Positions 26,619-38,232 of a DNA stretch of 64,000 nt are shown one piece after another. A program made the translations under genes and the position numbers. Positions within the stretch are counted from its first letter, which is position 1, and every line of letters starts with the position of its first letter. The stretch is from Octopus sinensis (Eukaryota), in contig NC_043013.1 of the NCBI RefSeq assembly GCF_006345805.1, positions 34,348,001 to 34,412,000 on the forward strand, read 5' to 3'. Under the pieces are notes generated by a model. It worked only from the letters and a program-made list of their open reading frames with translations, was not told the DNA's origin and did no database searches.

Positions 26619-27537
26619 ATGTTGTCTGTGTATGTGCAGTGTTTCCATGTGCATGTGTGTGTTATGTATACATGTGTGTCTTTCTGTTTATGCCTTTGTG
26701 TGATGAAAGACCAAAAAAGAGAGTGAGAATTTGTGTGTGTATGAGACAGAGAGAGAGAAAGAGAGAGAGAGAGTGAGAGAAAGAGAAAGAGAGAGAGTGA
26801 GTAGGGGTGGGGTAGAGAAAGCACTGCTCTATGGCAAAGATGAGAATGTTGAATCATCATCAGATCTGATTAAAGAAATAAGTTCTTAAGAATAGAAGGA
26901 ATGTGCAAAACAATGAGAATACCTACATTCACTAGGGTGCTTGCATGTCAGCATATGCATGAACTTGGCAATGCAAGCTAAAATAAAGTTCAGAATTTTA
27001 TAGAATAAAAATGTAACTAAAATAAAGCTAAAATAACAAAATTTAAAAAAAAAAACAAAATTAAAAAAAAAAAGAAAATTAAAGGCAGCAATGTGAACAA
27101 AGCTAAGTCCTTAGAATTTTTTTAAACATTTTTAGAGAAGCAATATTGTTTACCAAAGATTAATTCTATATATGAATCCAAGAAATATACCTTTATGCGT
27201 GTGTGTACATGCATGTACAGGTGTGTGTGCATGTGTGTGCGTGTGTGTGTGCATGTGTGTGTGTGCATGTGTGTGCGTGTGTGTGTGTGTGCATGTGTGT
27301 GTGTAAGTTTCCAATTTCCAGGCTTTACTCATTGTTTCTCTTACCTCATTCTCAATCACTCTCTCTCTCTCTCTGTCTTTCTCTATAAAATTTTATTAAT
27401 TCTTTTTTAACTTGTAAAATTTGAAATTTCTCAACAGTAGGTTTTAAATAGATTTTTCCTATCTTTATATAAAGAACTAATTAGTTTTTTTTTAATATTA
27501 ATTCTTTTTTGTTATGTTTTTGTTTTTGATTATATAT

Positions 27538-28474
27538 CATCATCATCATTTAGTGTCCGTTTTCCATGCTAGCATGGGTTGGACGGTTCAACTGGGGTCT
27601 GGGGAGCCCGAAGGCTGCACCAGGCCAGTCAGATCTGGCAGTGTTTCTACAGCTGGATGCCCTTCCTAACGCCAACCACTCCGAGAGTGTAGTGGGTGAT
27701 TTTATGTGCCACCGACACAGGTGCCAGACGAGGCTGGCGAACGGCCACGCTCGGATGGTGTTTTTGTGTGCCACCGACACAGGTGCCACACGAGGCTGGC
27801 AGACGGCCACGCTCGGATGGTGTTTTTATGTGCCACCGACACAGGTGCAGACGAGGCTGGCAGACGGCCACGCTCGGATGGTGTTTTTATGTGCCACCGA
27901 CACAGGTGCCAGACGAGGCTGGCAGACGGCCACGCTCGGATGGTGTTTTTATGTGCCACCGACACAGGTGCAGACGAGGCTGGCGAACGGCCACGCTCGG
28001 ATGGTGTTTTTATGTGCCACCGACACAGGTGCCAGACGAGGCTGGCAGACGGCCACGCTCGGATGGTGTTTTTATGTGCCACCGACACAGGTGCCAGATG
28101 GGCTGGCGGACGGCCATGCTCGGATGGTGTTTTTATGTGCCACCGACACAGGTGCCAGACGAGGCTGGCAGACGGCCACGCTCGGATGGTGTTTTTTATG
28201 TGCCACCGACACAGGTGCCAGACGAGGCTGGCAGACGGCCACGCTCGGATGGTGTTTTTATGTGCCACCGACACAGGTGCCAGACGAGGCTGGCAGACGG
28301 CCACGCTCGGATGGTGTTTTTATGTGCCACCGACACAGGTGCCAGACGAGGCTGGCGGACGGCCATGATCGGATGGTGTTTGTTACGTCCCCAAAGCACG
28401 GAGGCCAGTCTATGCGGTACTGGCTACGGCCACGTTCAGATGATTTTCTTGTGTGCCACCGGCACTGGTACCAC
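27538..28474 (-). mobile_element. RTE 3' UTR fragment with an expanded internal repeat
   Basis: Colinear with 17769-18160 on both sides of the array. (CAT)n tail at 27538. Confidence 0.85.
27701..28380. repeat. Minisatellite, 11 copies of a ~62-bp unit
   Basis: The unit is ATGTGCCACCGACACAGGTGCCAGACGAGGCTGGCAGACGGCCACGCTCGGATGGTGTTTTT. GCCACCGAC was counted 11 times, and there are no unique spacers. Confidence 0.95.
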
Positions 28475-29003
28475 AAAGATATATATATATATATATAATC
28501 ATACAAGTTTCATCATCATCATGTGCCTCACCGATACAAACATCATCATCATCATCATTATGTGCATCACCGATATGTACTGCATCATTATCATCATCAT
28601 CGTCATGCTCATCAGCGATATGTACAGCATCATCATCATCATGTACATCAGTGATATGTACTGTATCATCATCATCATCATCATCATCATCAATTAATAT
28701 TCATGTTCTGTGTCAGTGTGAGTTGAGCGATTTGATAGAATCCAATGGGGCCCAAGGACTGCATCGTGTTCCTCCGTCTGCTTCGACATGGTTTCAATGG
28801 TTTGAAGCCATTCCTAATGCAGCATGTGCTAGCAGCTTCTTCCATGGAACCAGCACAAGAATGGCTGCTGTGCCATTTGAAAGACTACAAAGACCTTTGG
28901 ATTATAAACAACTTTAAGCTTGGAGATGAGAAACAAAAGATGGGTAGGGGTATGAGAGAAGGGGCCAGAAGAGAACAGGTTTCTTACTGCAAAGGAGCTA
29001 CAT

Positions 29004-29313
29004 GTTGTTGTTTTCTGTTCCTTCTCACACCATACCTGGCTCACAAGGACCAGTTTTCCATTTCATTGGCATATAGGTTCTCCACCTGGATGGGACGCTG
29101 GTCCATCATAAGTGAGCTGATTGATGCAGGAGGAAAGAATGAAGGAAAGTTGTGGCGAAAAAGAATCAGCAGAAGTTTGCCGTTACTTTCTGCCAGAGCT
29201 GCATGGAGCTTAAATGTTTCACCCATGAACACAAACATCGCCCAATCTGAGATTCGAACCCACGATCCCTGGACTGCAAGTCCCCTGTTCTAACCACTAT
29301 GTCATGTGCTTCC
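29004..29313 (-). mobile_element. SINE family D
   Basis: The minus strand reads GGAAGCACATGACATAGTGGTTAG...GGGTTCGAATCTCAG...GATGGACCAGCGTCCCATCCAGG...GAGAAGGAACAGAAAACAACAAC. Confidence 0.8.
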
Positions 29314-30099
29314 ACCAAAGAAGCTACATGACAACTCCCATTTTAGAAGACTGTGTGGTAGTGATCGACTGGTGCCAGAGAGTGATGGGGTGGGAATAGA
29401 TGACTTACAGTGCTAATCAGCAGAACAGCAAGGATGAAATGATAGACAGGAGAAGGACAGTAGGATTTAAACAAATAAACTTACCTGCCTACACTGATTG
29501 GTGTACTACGTTTAATATTACTGTAAATTGTTTTAATATCTATTTGTTTGTATAGATTAGAAGAATCATATTTGTATGTCATAATTTAGTTATGGACAAA
29601 TAAATGCATGTGTATATATATGTGTGTGTGTGTGATTATATGTAGCTTTGTCTTGATATCATGCTTATAAATGAGCATCGTACATGCAGTGTTGTTAATT
29701 TTCAATCTTCTGTGAAAAACATGTCTTGTCATGAGGAAATTGTTATGTCCCACATTACAACGTCATATTTTGTTGTCTCTGAGGGACTAGCCCAAACAGC
29801 GTATCTCACTGACTGACAATACTGTGTCAGTCCACTATTTATTAGTAGTGGACCAGCCCACTTCTCACCTGGGGGCGTCTGCCACAAGAGAAATATTACC
29901 TTGTTTGGAAACAGGTGAAGGTCTAACTGGAAGGGCGTCTGGCTGTAGAAAGTTTGCCAAGGCAAATTCTGTTTCATCTATGCGACCATGAAAATGTGCC
30001 TGTTAACTGATGATAATGTTCTTAGTTAGAAAAGTATATTTGTGAAGTTAGTTATGACTCTGTGTGTATGTGCACATATGTCAGTGTGAATACACAACA

Positions 30100-30795
30100 G
30101 AGTGTAAGAGCCCTGAGAGAAAAGTTGGACTTAAGAAGCATCAGATGTGGTGTACAAGAGAGATGATTGCACTAGTATGGTCATGTGTTGCAAAGGGATG
30201 AGGACAGCTGTGTGAAAAAGTGTCACATCCTAGCAGTAGAGGGAACCTGTGGAAGAGGTAGCCAGGAAGACCTGAGATGAGGTGGTGAAGTATGACCTTC
30301 AAACATTGGGCCTCACCGAGGCAGTGACAAGTGATTGAGACCTTTTGAGAAGTGCTGTGCTTGAGAAGACCCAGCAAGCCAAGTGAAACTGGAACTATAG
30401 CCTATGCCAGTGCAGCATTACCAGCCCATTTAAGAGTACCCTTCAATCATTGGGCAATGAACTGCGCTTGCGAAGACCTGTTGAGGTAAGTGAAATCATT
30501 GTCATGGCTGATGACAGTTACACCTGATTGGTACCCATGCCAGTGGCATTTTAAAAGCACCACTCAAGCATGGTCAATGCTAGTACTGCCTGACTGGCAC
30601 TCATGCTGGTGGCACGTAAAAACCACCCACTACACTCTCGAAGTGGCTGGCATTAGAAAGGACATCTAGCTGTAGAAACTTTGCCAGATCAGATTGGAAC
30701 TTGGTGCAGCCTTCTAGCTTGCCAGCTCTCAGTCAAACCGTCCAACCCATGCCAGCATGGAAAGCGGACGTTAAACGATGACGATGATGAAGATG
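30100..30795 (+). mobile_element. 5'-truncated RTE-clade LINE, decayed
   Basis: Reads LREKLDLRSIRCGVQER*LH*YGHVLQRDEDSCVKKCHILAVEGTCGRG with stops and frameshifts, followed by the same 3' UTR and (GAT)n tail. Confidence 0.82.
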
Positions 30796-32519
30796 CACAA
30801 ATGTGTTTGTTGATTTATGTGTAAGAACACACACACACACACATGTATATCAACAGAGCAAATTCATTGATAAATATTTAAATTTTATCTACAGAATGAA
30901 TATGTCACATTTCATTAACATTGAAAAAGAAATTTAAAATAAAAATTCCATTATATGATCCTCCAATTTTTGTATAAAAAACTATTAAGAAATGAAGTAA
31001 TAATCAAACTGTATATTGTCAGTGCCAACAACTCGCATCACAAAAAGAAATATAACATAATGCAGCTAGGATGTAACACAAGTGTCATTGAATATCAAAA
31101 TGATGAAATTCTAAATAATTTACAAGGCATTGCTCAAATTTATTTTTCTGTTTAGAATATTTATTTCTTCTTGAATTTGCATTAAAATATTTACTTTACT
31201 TTGACACGTTGCAGTCGTTAAACTAAACACACACATGCAGGTAGATAGGCAGACAGATAGTCAGAAAGTTACATACAGACAGACAGACAAATAGATGCTG
31301 TTTCATGGATCCAAATCATTCACCAGGCATTGGTCAGCCCAGGATGTTTTGCAAACAACTTGCACATGCAAGTACCAGCAAGTGCATGGGGTTATCAGGA
31401 GAGAATGCGCACCGTTTCGGGACCTACCTCTCAATGGCATCAGGTTCCACACTGTGGGATTGATCCCAAAACCATAAAGTTGCAAAGCAAGCTTCTTATC
31501 AACACAGCCATGCTGTGCTTAAGCCATGGCTACTGTAATTCTTTTACTGCATTTTTTAAATGAAGAAATTTAGATTTGTTCCTTGCTTTTAATTTTTCGT
31601 GTATATTGTGAATAAATTTCATATTAATATTTTGTCTTTGAAATTTTTTCAGTGTTAATGAAAGACATTATATTCATTTACTGTGAGACTATTACTGTCA
31701 TTATTTCCTCATTAGACCAAATTAATATATAATGACTTAAAACTACATTGCTATATTTCAGGCAGCATTACTATATTACTGTCGTAACCAGTGTTATTAA
31801 TACACTTAACTTAGTTCATCATTATGCACAGAGAGGGGGAAAAAAAAAAGCAGTTTTTTTTCTCAATTATTTGGAAATGAAGTGACATAATATTTCATCA
31901 TCCGATACTTAAGTACATTTTAAACAATTTTTTCTGCTGTTGCAATAAAAATATCAAATCTGCATATTTCATCAGACAGTTTAAACATTAGGTAAAAATA
32001 AAGCCATCTAAATGTCTCTCCAATATGCTATGCTATAGGTGAATGAACTAAGAAAAATAATTTTCTTTTTTCATTCTTAATTGAAGGTGACACATTTATT
32101 TTCTCTGCAAATAAAAACTTTAAATACTCTATAAAGTTGTATTGACTGTGTAAACAAAAAGCATGGTAATGAATTTAACAATGATATTTTGCTTTGTGAT
32201 GTAATTATCTAGTGAGGAAATTACAAGCAATGAATTTACCATAATGCCATTTACAAGTGATCAATTTATTGGACACCTATACGAAAATTGAATTCCTTCC
32301 CTACAACTTGTGTTTTAAGCCACACTAAGTGTTAAGTAAGAATTTGTCCGACATTCACTGTAGCACTAAGTTTGAATTTCCTCATTGACAATAAGCAATA
32401 CTCTTTTATTCTCTTTTACTTGTTTCAGTCATTTGACTGTGGCCCTGCTAGAGCATCGCCTTAGTCAAGCAGATCAACCGCAGGACTTATTTTTTGTAAG
32501 TCTAGTACTTATTCTATCA

Positions 32520-32569
<50 letters not shown>

Positions 32570-32796
32570 ATTCCTAAGAGTCTAGGCACATCAACACAGG
32601 ATGCCAGAAGTAGCTACAGAAATAGCTAGATAGGATAACATACAGCACACAGTGTGATAAACAACATGGAAAACATCAAGTGTTGGAAGGATAATGAAGA
32701 TATGCAAGTACCAAATCCAATTTAAACCATAGATCTGACTCTGGTGTTTGGACTTGGCAGGGCATGGGTATAATGAGTAAACATAAATGGTATTTT

Positions 32797-33024
32797 AAAT
32801 TTACAGCAGCTGTTTCAGTAGAATTTTATTAATACATTCATAGAAGATTATACCATCTTATAAATTACATTGTCATCAGGTAAAATTTTAAGCAGGCTAG
32901 ATTCTAAACAGGTGAGATTTCTGACATTAACCTGGACAATTCCAAAGTCTGTTGAATCAGTCACACATCCGATTTATCTGGGTCAATGTAAGAAATCTTA
33001 TCTGCTTAAAATTTTACCTGATGA
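32797..33024 (-). mobile_element. Penelope-like remnant: hammerhead-like motif plus inverted partial copy
   Basis: The minus strand reads TTTTAC-CTGATGA-...-GAA-ACAGCTGC-T-GTAAA (32888->32797). A 23-bp perfect inverted repeat links 32873-32895 and 33002-33024 and ends in a second CTGATGA. Confidence 0.55.
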
Positions 33025-33184
33025 TAGTGGATTGTATGTTATCATAAGTACCAGTTGAACACTAAGGTCGATGTAACTGACACATTCTCTCTCCCAAAAT
33101 TGCTGCCCTTGTGGCAAAATTTGAAACCATTGTGTAATCTTCTAATGCCATTTGTGTTTACTATATATATGTGTGTGTATGTAT

Positions 33185-33223
<39 letters not shown>

Positions 33224-33293
33224 GCATGTAGCTTTATGTGAATGTAATTACAAGTATGAAAAATTATATTTCTGTATATTTACTCACATTGTG

Positions 33294-33339
<46 letters not shown>

Positions 33340-34078
33340 TAATGTCTTGCTTTTTAAAGTAACAGGGATTCAGCAGTTAGCAAAGATATGGCTTCATGTT
33401 GGCAATTACAGCAAGGGATCTTAGTCTGTAGCAAAAAATTTGCATGAGATATCTTTAACTTCAAACTTACATAATTTTAATTTTCATTTAAATGCATGTT
33501 TAGTTTCTTTTAGTTTCTTCAAACAGAGAAAAAAATCTGTCATCAAATACATTACCTCCCTTGGAAACTAATCATGATATATTTCTTCCCTTGTGGTTGT
33601 TGATTTCTGTTTGTTTTTTTTTCGTGGTTGGATATTTGTCATCAAAATTTAATACTACATATATAATCTGATTTAGAATGATATGCAGAACATTTAAAAA
33701 TAAAAAAAACAAAATAAAGCAATATAATTTCTCTTTTGGTTTCATTTTCTTATCTCAGCTAATGGTATATGTGTTGCTCAGATATTTATTATTTTTTTTT
33801 TCATTTTATTATTTTTTTTAGACATGTGATCTTTTTTTAAGTTATAGTCTGCTACAAACTACATAGTATGCAGAATTATTTTGTGCTTTGGTGGATTTTG
33901 TGTCAATGTATATTTCTTTAAAATGTTAACTCGAGAATTTTGTTATATAGAACTATGTTAAATGAGGAAGTCTGCTACATTTCCAAATGTTAAAATTATT
34001 AAGTTCCAAACCATACTAAAAGAAGAAATACTAAATTTCTAAATTGCTCGTAGAGACATGTACGGTGGTGGGGTGATA

Positions 34079-34356
34079 GAATGGTTGTATACTATCAATC
34101 TAACACGAACGTGACAGTAGTGGGGTACACCACCGCTGTATAGCCCTAGGAAGCATCGAAGTCTCCTGATGGCTTTGACACATTTTCCCTGTGTCCTTAT
34201 ATACATTTACAAAATGTATATTCGTAAATGTATATAAGGACACAGGGAAAAATGTGTCAAAGCCATCAGGAGGCGTCGATGCTTCCTAGGGCTATACAGC
34301 GGTGGTGTACCCCCCTACTGTCACGTTCGTGTTAGATTGACAGTATACAACTATTC
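34079..34356. repeat. Long near-perfect inverted repeat (foldback), ~132-bp arms and 13-nt loop
   Basis: 34079-34210 is the reverse complement of 34224-34356, with about 5 substitutions and 1 indel. The loop is AAAATGTATATTC. Confidence 0.95.
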
Positions 34357-34361
34357 ATACT

Positions 34362-35070
34362 AAAAGACGTAAGAGGAAAACATAGGATTGGTAGAAAAAC
34401 TGGGATTGATTGAAAAGTATGGAAATGGTGCCACCAAAACCATAATATTGGTAAGTCAATAGTGCATGATAGTATTTACTATATGGATTCATATATATAA
34501 GACCAATGACAAAGTACTGCATCAACATAAAGTTTCCAAACAATAAGAAACATAAGCACTCCAATTTGAATCAATTATAGCCAACAAAAGGACATTTCTT
34601 CTAAGTCAAATGACCGTCAAGACAATTTTTGTTGATGTTTGCAACAGAAAAAAAAAAGAAATAAGAAAATGCAGCTTAAAAACGGTACCCAATGAAACAT
34701 TTCTGCAAATTTTGTATTGCTTGACAAGTTTAGAAAATGGTGTAGAACCATAACGTTAGGCTTTTGCAACATAGGACAACTGCCAGATATTCCACAGAAT
34801 TGAAGAAAATGTTTGAAGATGGTGATTAAGTAAAAAGCAAACTGCTAATGACAACAGAATATTGCAACCAAAGTTCAAAGTGGCTAATGGATTGCATTAT
34901 TCAAATGATACAGATCTCAGTTATGAAAATCTTTTAAATTTAGAACAGCAATATGCATATGGTAAAGATTATGGCATGATGGAACAAGTGAAACCTTGTC
35001 TCAAACAAAAGATTCTTGAAAAACTCAGTTATTTTCAGAATTCTGAAGAGAGGAGAAATAGTTGGTACAT
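34362..35070 (+). pseudogene. Decayed pogo/Tigger (Jerky/CENP-B-like) transposase, N-terminal part
   Basis: Frameshifted pieces KRRKRKT / LVEKLGLIEKYGNGATK / HNIGKSIVHD match the CENP-B-type N-terminal HTH. SANFVLLDKFRK at about 34702-34737 is one base per codon away from ASxGWLDKFRK. ELKKMFEDGD follows. Confidence 0.6.
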
Positions 35071-35879
35071 TTAAATGCAGAGAAGGCAATGTGAGTAAGA
35101 GGACAAATTGAAAAGGCACTCAGTTTCTATAGGGCAATGCACAAAGAGAAGAAATATCAAACAAACATTTGTTTTTAATGTAAAAAAAATAATAACCTTT
35201 TTGCATACACTGATGTAAGATAATAATGAAATTGTGAAACATAAAACTACCTTCAATTCATTTATTGCCTTTATATCAATTTTCTATAAAGCACTTGGAA
35301 AAATTAATTGCTTAATTCAAGTAGTATAGACATTACTCCGTTTTTAGTTTTTTCACTTGGTATCAGCTATATTCCAGTGTTTGTGACTTATAAAGCTAGC
35401 TTGGATGCAAACATACACATGGTATTCCCACATAGTTTCAACTGCGATATATTACTTACAAATAAAAGCATTACTCAATACTGAAGAAGCATAAACATGT
35501 AGGAACAGTTTGTTTACAGATATCGTTATAGAAGATGAAATATTAAATAAGTTTAAATTTTACTAAATAAACATATTGTTTTGTGTTATTTTAAGTATTT
35601 TCACTTTTTTACTTCTCTTGCTAGCACAAAAATTAGATACCCAATAAATATATAGATTTTATATTTTAAAAAATGTAATATTTGTTTAAGTCCTGACATC
35701 AATCTTCAGTTTTATGTGTATTTATACATTAAAAAAACTACTGTGTTCTTGCAGTAAACATAACTTGTAGTTATTAGAATATTCCACTACATGGAAGAAT
35801 TTAACTGTTTTGTGACTATATTTCTGTTGCCTTTATACCAGTCATCTTCTAAAATGAGAAAGAATTCAGTAAAACATCT

Positions 35880-36090
35880 ATGATAATTAAGTGGGATTTA
35901 ACGAGTGAGCTGTCAGGATCATTATCGCACTAAACAAAATGCTTAGCAGCATTTCGTCCATCTTTAAATTCTGCTTTGAAATAATGCCAAGGTCAACTTA
36001 GCCTTTCTAGTTTTGGGGTTGAGGCACTAGAGTCAATGCAACCAAAAAGAGCCTTTTCCAAAATTTCAGGCCTTGTTCCTATAATAAAAA
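35880..36090 (+). mobile_element. SINE family B, diverged
   Basis: GTGAGCTGTCAGGATCATTATCGCAC...GCTTAGCAGCATTTCGTCC...AGGTCAACTTAGCCTTTC. Confidence 0.6.
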
Positions 36091-36620
36091 AGAATTATTA
36101 AGGTGACATTCAGAACATTAATTAAGATGAAATTTTGATAGAAGAATTAAATTTAGCTTCATTTAAGACTGAATATTTATATCATAAATCCAAAAGCAGT
36201 TTTGGTGAGGCTGATAGTAAAAGAGTTATTCTGATGCCTTGCAGCAATTGATTTATACATTTTGCACTCTAAATTCGACTCTTAAAGACGTTCACTTTAG
36301 ATTTTGTTATTTGTCAGACTGGTGTCACAGTTTGTATTAGAACCAGTGATGTGCAGCATGTTGCTTCAATTAAACTTTGAATTCCTTTCCTGAAAATTGC
36401 TGCCTTGCACAAAATTTAGAAATCTACATTGATACTTAAAAACATAATATTGTAATATATATATATATATATACATACGTACATACATGCATATATATAC
36501 ATACGCACATACATACATATATGTATATACATACATACATAAGTAGAGAGAGAGAGATAAATGATACCTAGATAGTATGTGTATATATATGTATATATAT
36601 ATATACATACACAGTACCTA

Positions 36621-36708
<88 letters not shown>

Positions 36709-37145
36709 CACAGTACCTATATATATATATATATATAATATATATATATATGTATAAAGTTATGTACAAAGTAATTTTGCCAACTTGCAGCTCTCAATTA
36801 TATAAAGATTACTGCAGTTGGCTTTTAGATTAAATATATCTAACCATTCCTTATATTGTGTGTGTGTATGTATATGTATATGTGTGCATGTGTGTGTTTG
36901 AGTGTGTGTTTATGTTAAGTTTCCTAATTCTATTTTGTCTCCCAGGATAAATACACTTGGTAATATTCCCTTGACATTTACTTTGGTATTTATTTACCTT
37001 CTTAACCTGCACTTCTACGATATTGAAGTTAATTTTTGTAAACCTGCCCTTGGTTAGATAACATGAGTTTACTGCATGCAAAGTTTTATGTGTATGTTGA
37101 GTGTGTGCACATAGAGAAAGAAAAAGAGAGAGGGAGAGATAAAAG

Positions 37146-37209
<64 letters not shown>

Positions 37210-37427
37210 GTATGTACGTGTGTGTGTATATGTATTTATGTTTGTATGTACGTGTATATATATATATAAATGTATGTATGTATATATATATATTTACGCA
37301 ATTATTTGCATATGTACAAATATATGTTCCTAACTATATAAATATGTCCACGTACATATATACACATACATTTATAAACATACATAAACACAGTCATGCA
37401 TACATACAAACACATACATAGATATGA

Positions 37428-37465
<38 letters not shown>

Positions 37466-37903
37466 AAAATGTGTTAAATATAACCCACACAACTTCTGAG
37501 ATAAAAAAAGGTAATAATGAGAAAAAAATACACAATTTCTTTTGTATTAAATTATTCCAAAATACATTATTACAATCAAATTGCTTTAAAATACATAATT
37601 ATATATTCCAAGGTACATTATTACGTACAGTTTTCACTTCTCATGGCAGATAGTTATTCTAATGTACATGTGTAATGTCTGCCTTCGGTTATGATATTAT
37701 AGTATATTGACTGGACAAGCTAACTAGGGAAGTAATGCATTATATGTTAGTAACATAAATTTGGTAATATATACCATTTAAACACATATAACATTACCTC
37801 TGATTATGTAGGTTATATCATCATGATCATTTAACGTCTGCCAGCATGGACAACAGACGTTAAATGATGATGATGATATCCACTACCTAACGAGAGGTAA
37901 TGT

Positions 37904-38232
37904 CATCATCATCATCATTTAGCGTCCGCTTTCCATGCTAGCATGGGTTGGACGGTTCAACTGGGGTCTGTGAAGCCAGAAGGCTGCATCAGGCCCAGTC
38001 TGATCTGGCAGTGTTTCTACACCTGGATGCCCTTCCTAACGCCAACCACTCCGTGAGTGTAGTGGGTGCTTTTTACGTGCCACCCGCACAGGTGCTAGAC
38101 GGAGCTGGCAAACGGCCATGGACAGATGGTGCTTTTTACGTGCCACCAACATGGGGGCCAGGCAAGGCTGGCAATGGCCACGATTGGTCGGTGCTTTTTA
38201 CGTGCCACCGGCACGGGGGCCAGGCGAGGCTG
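37904..38232 (-). mobile_element. RTE 3' UTR fragment
   Basis: (CAT)n-TTAGCGTCCGCTTTCCATGCTAGCATGGG...GGATGCCCTTCCTAACGCCAACCAC. Confidence 0.82.

Noticed and set aside
27566-28697. Long ORFs (200-333 aa) with repeated peptides, and a possible CRISPR-like array
   Set aside because: All frames are open only because the 62-bp unit lacks stops. The units are contiguous with no unique spacers, there are no cas genes, and the context is a eukaryotic LINE UTR.
28745-29293. 182-aa plus-strand ORF
   Set aside because: Its second half is the antisense of a SINE D copy. It has no recognisable motif or splice context.
34862-35074. 70-aa ORF as a host gene
   Set aside because: It starts at TTG and lies inside the frameshifted transposase remnant.
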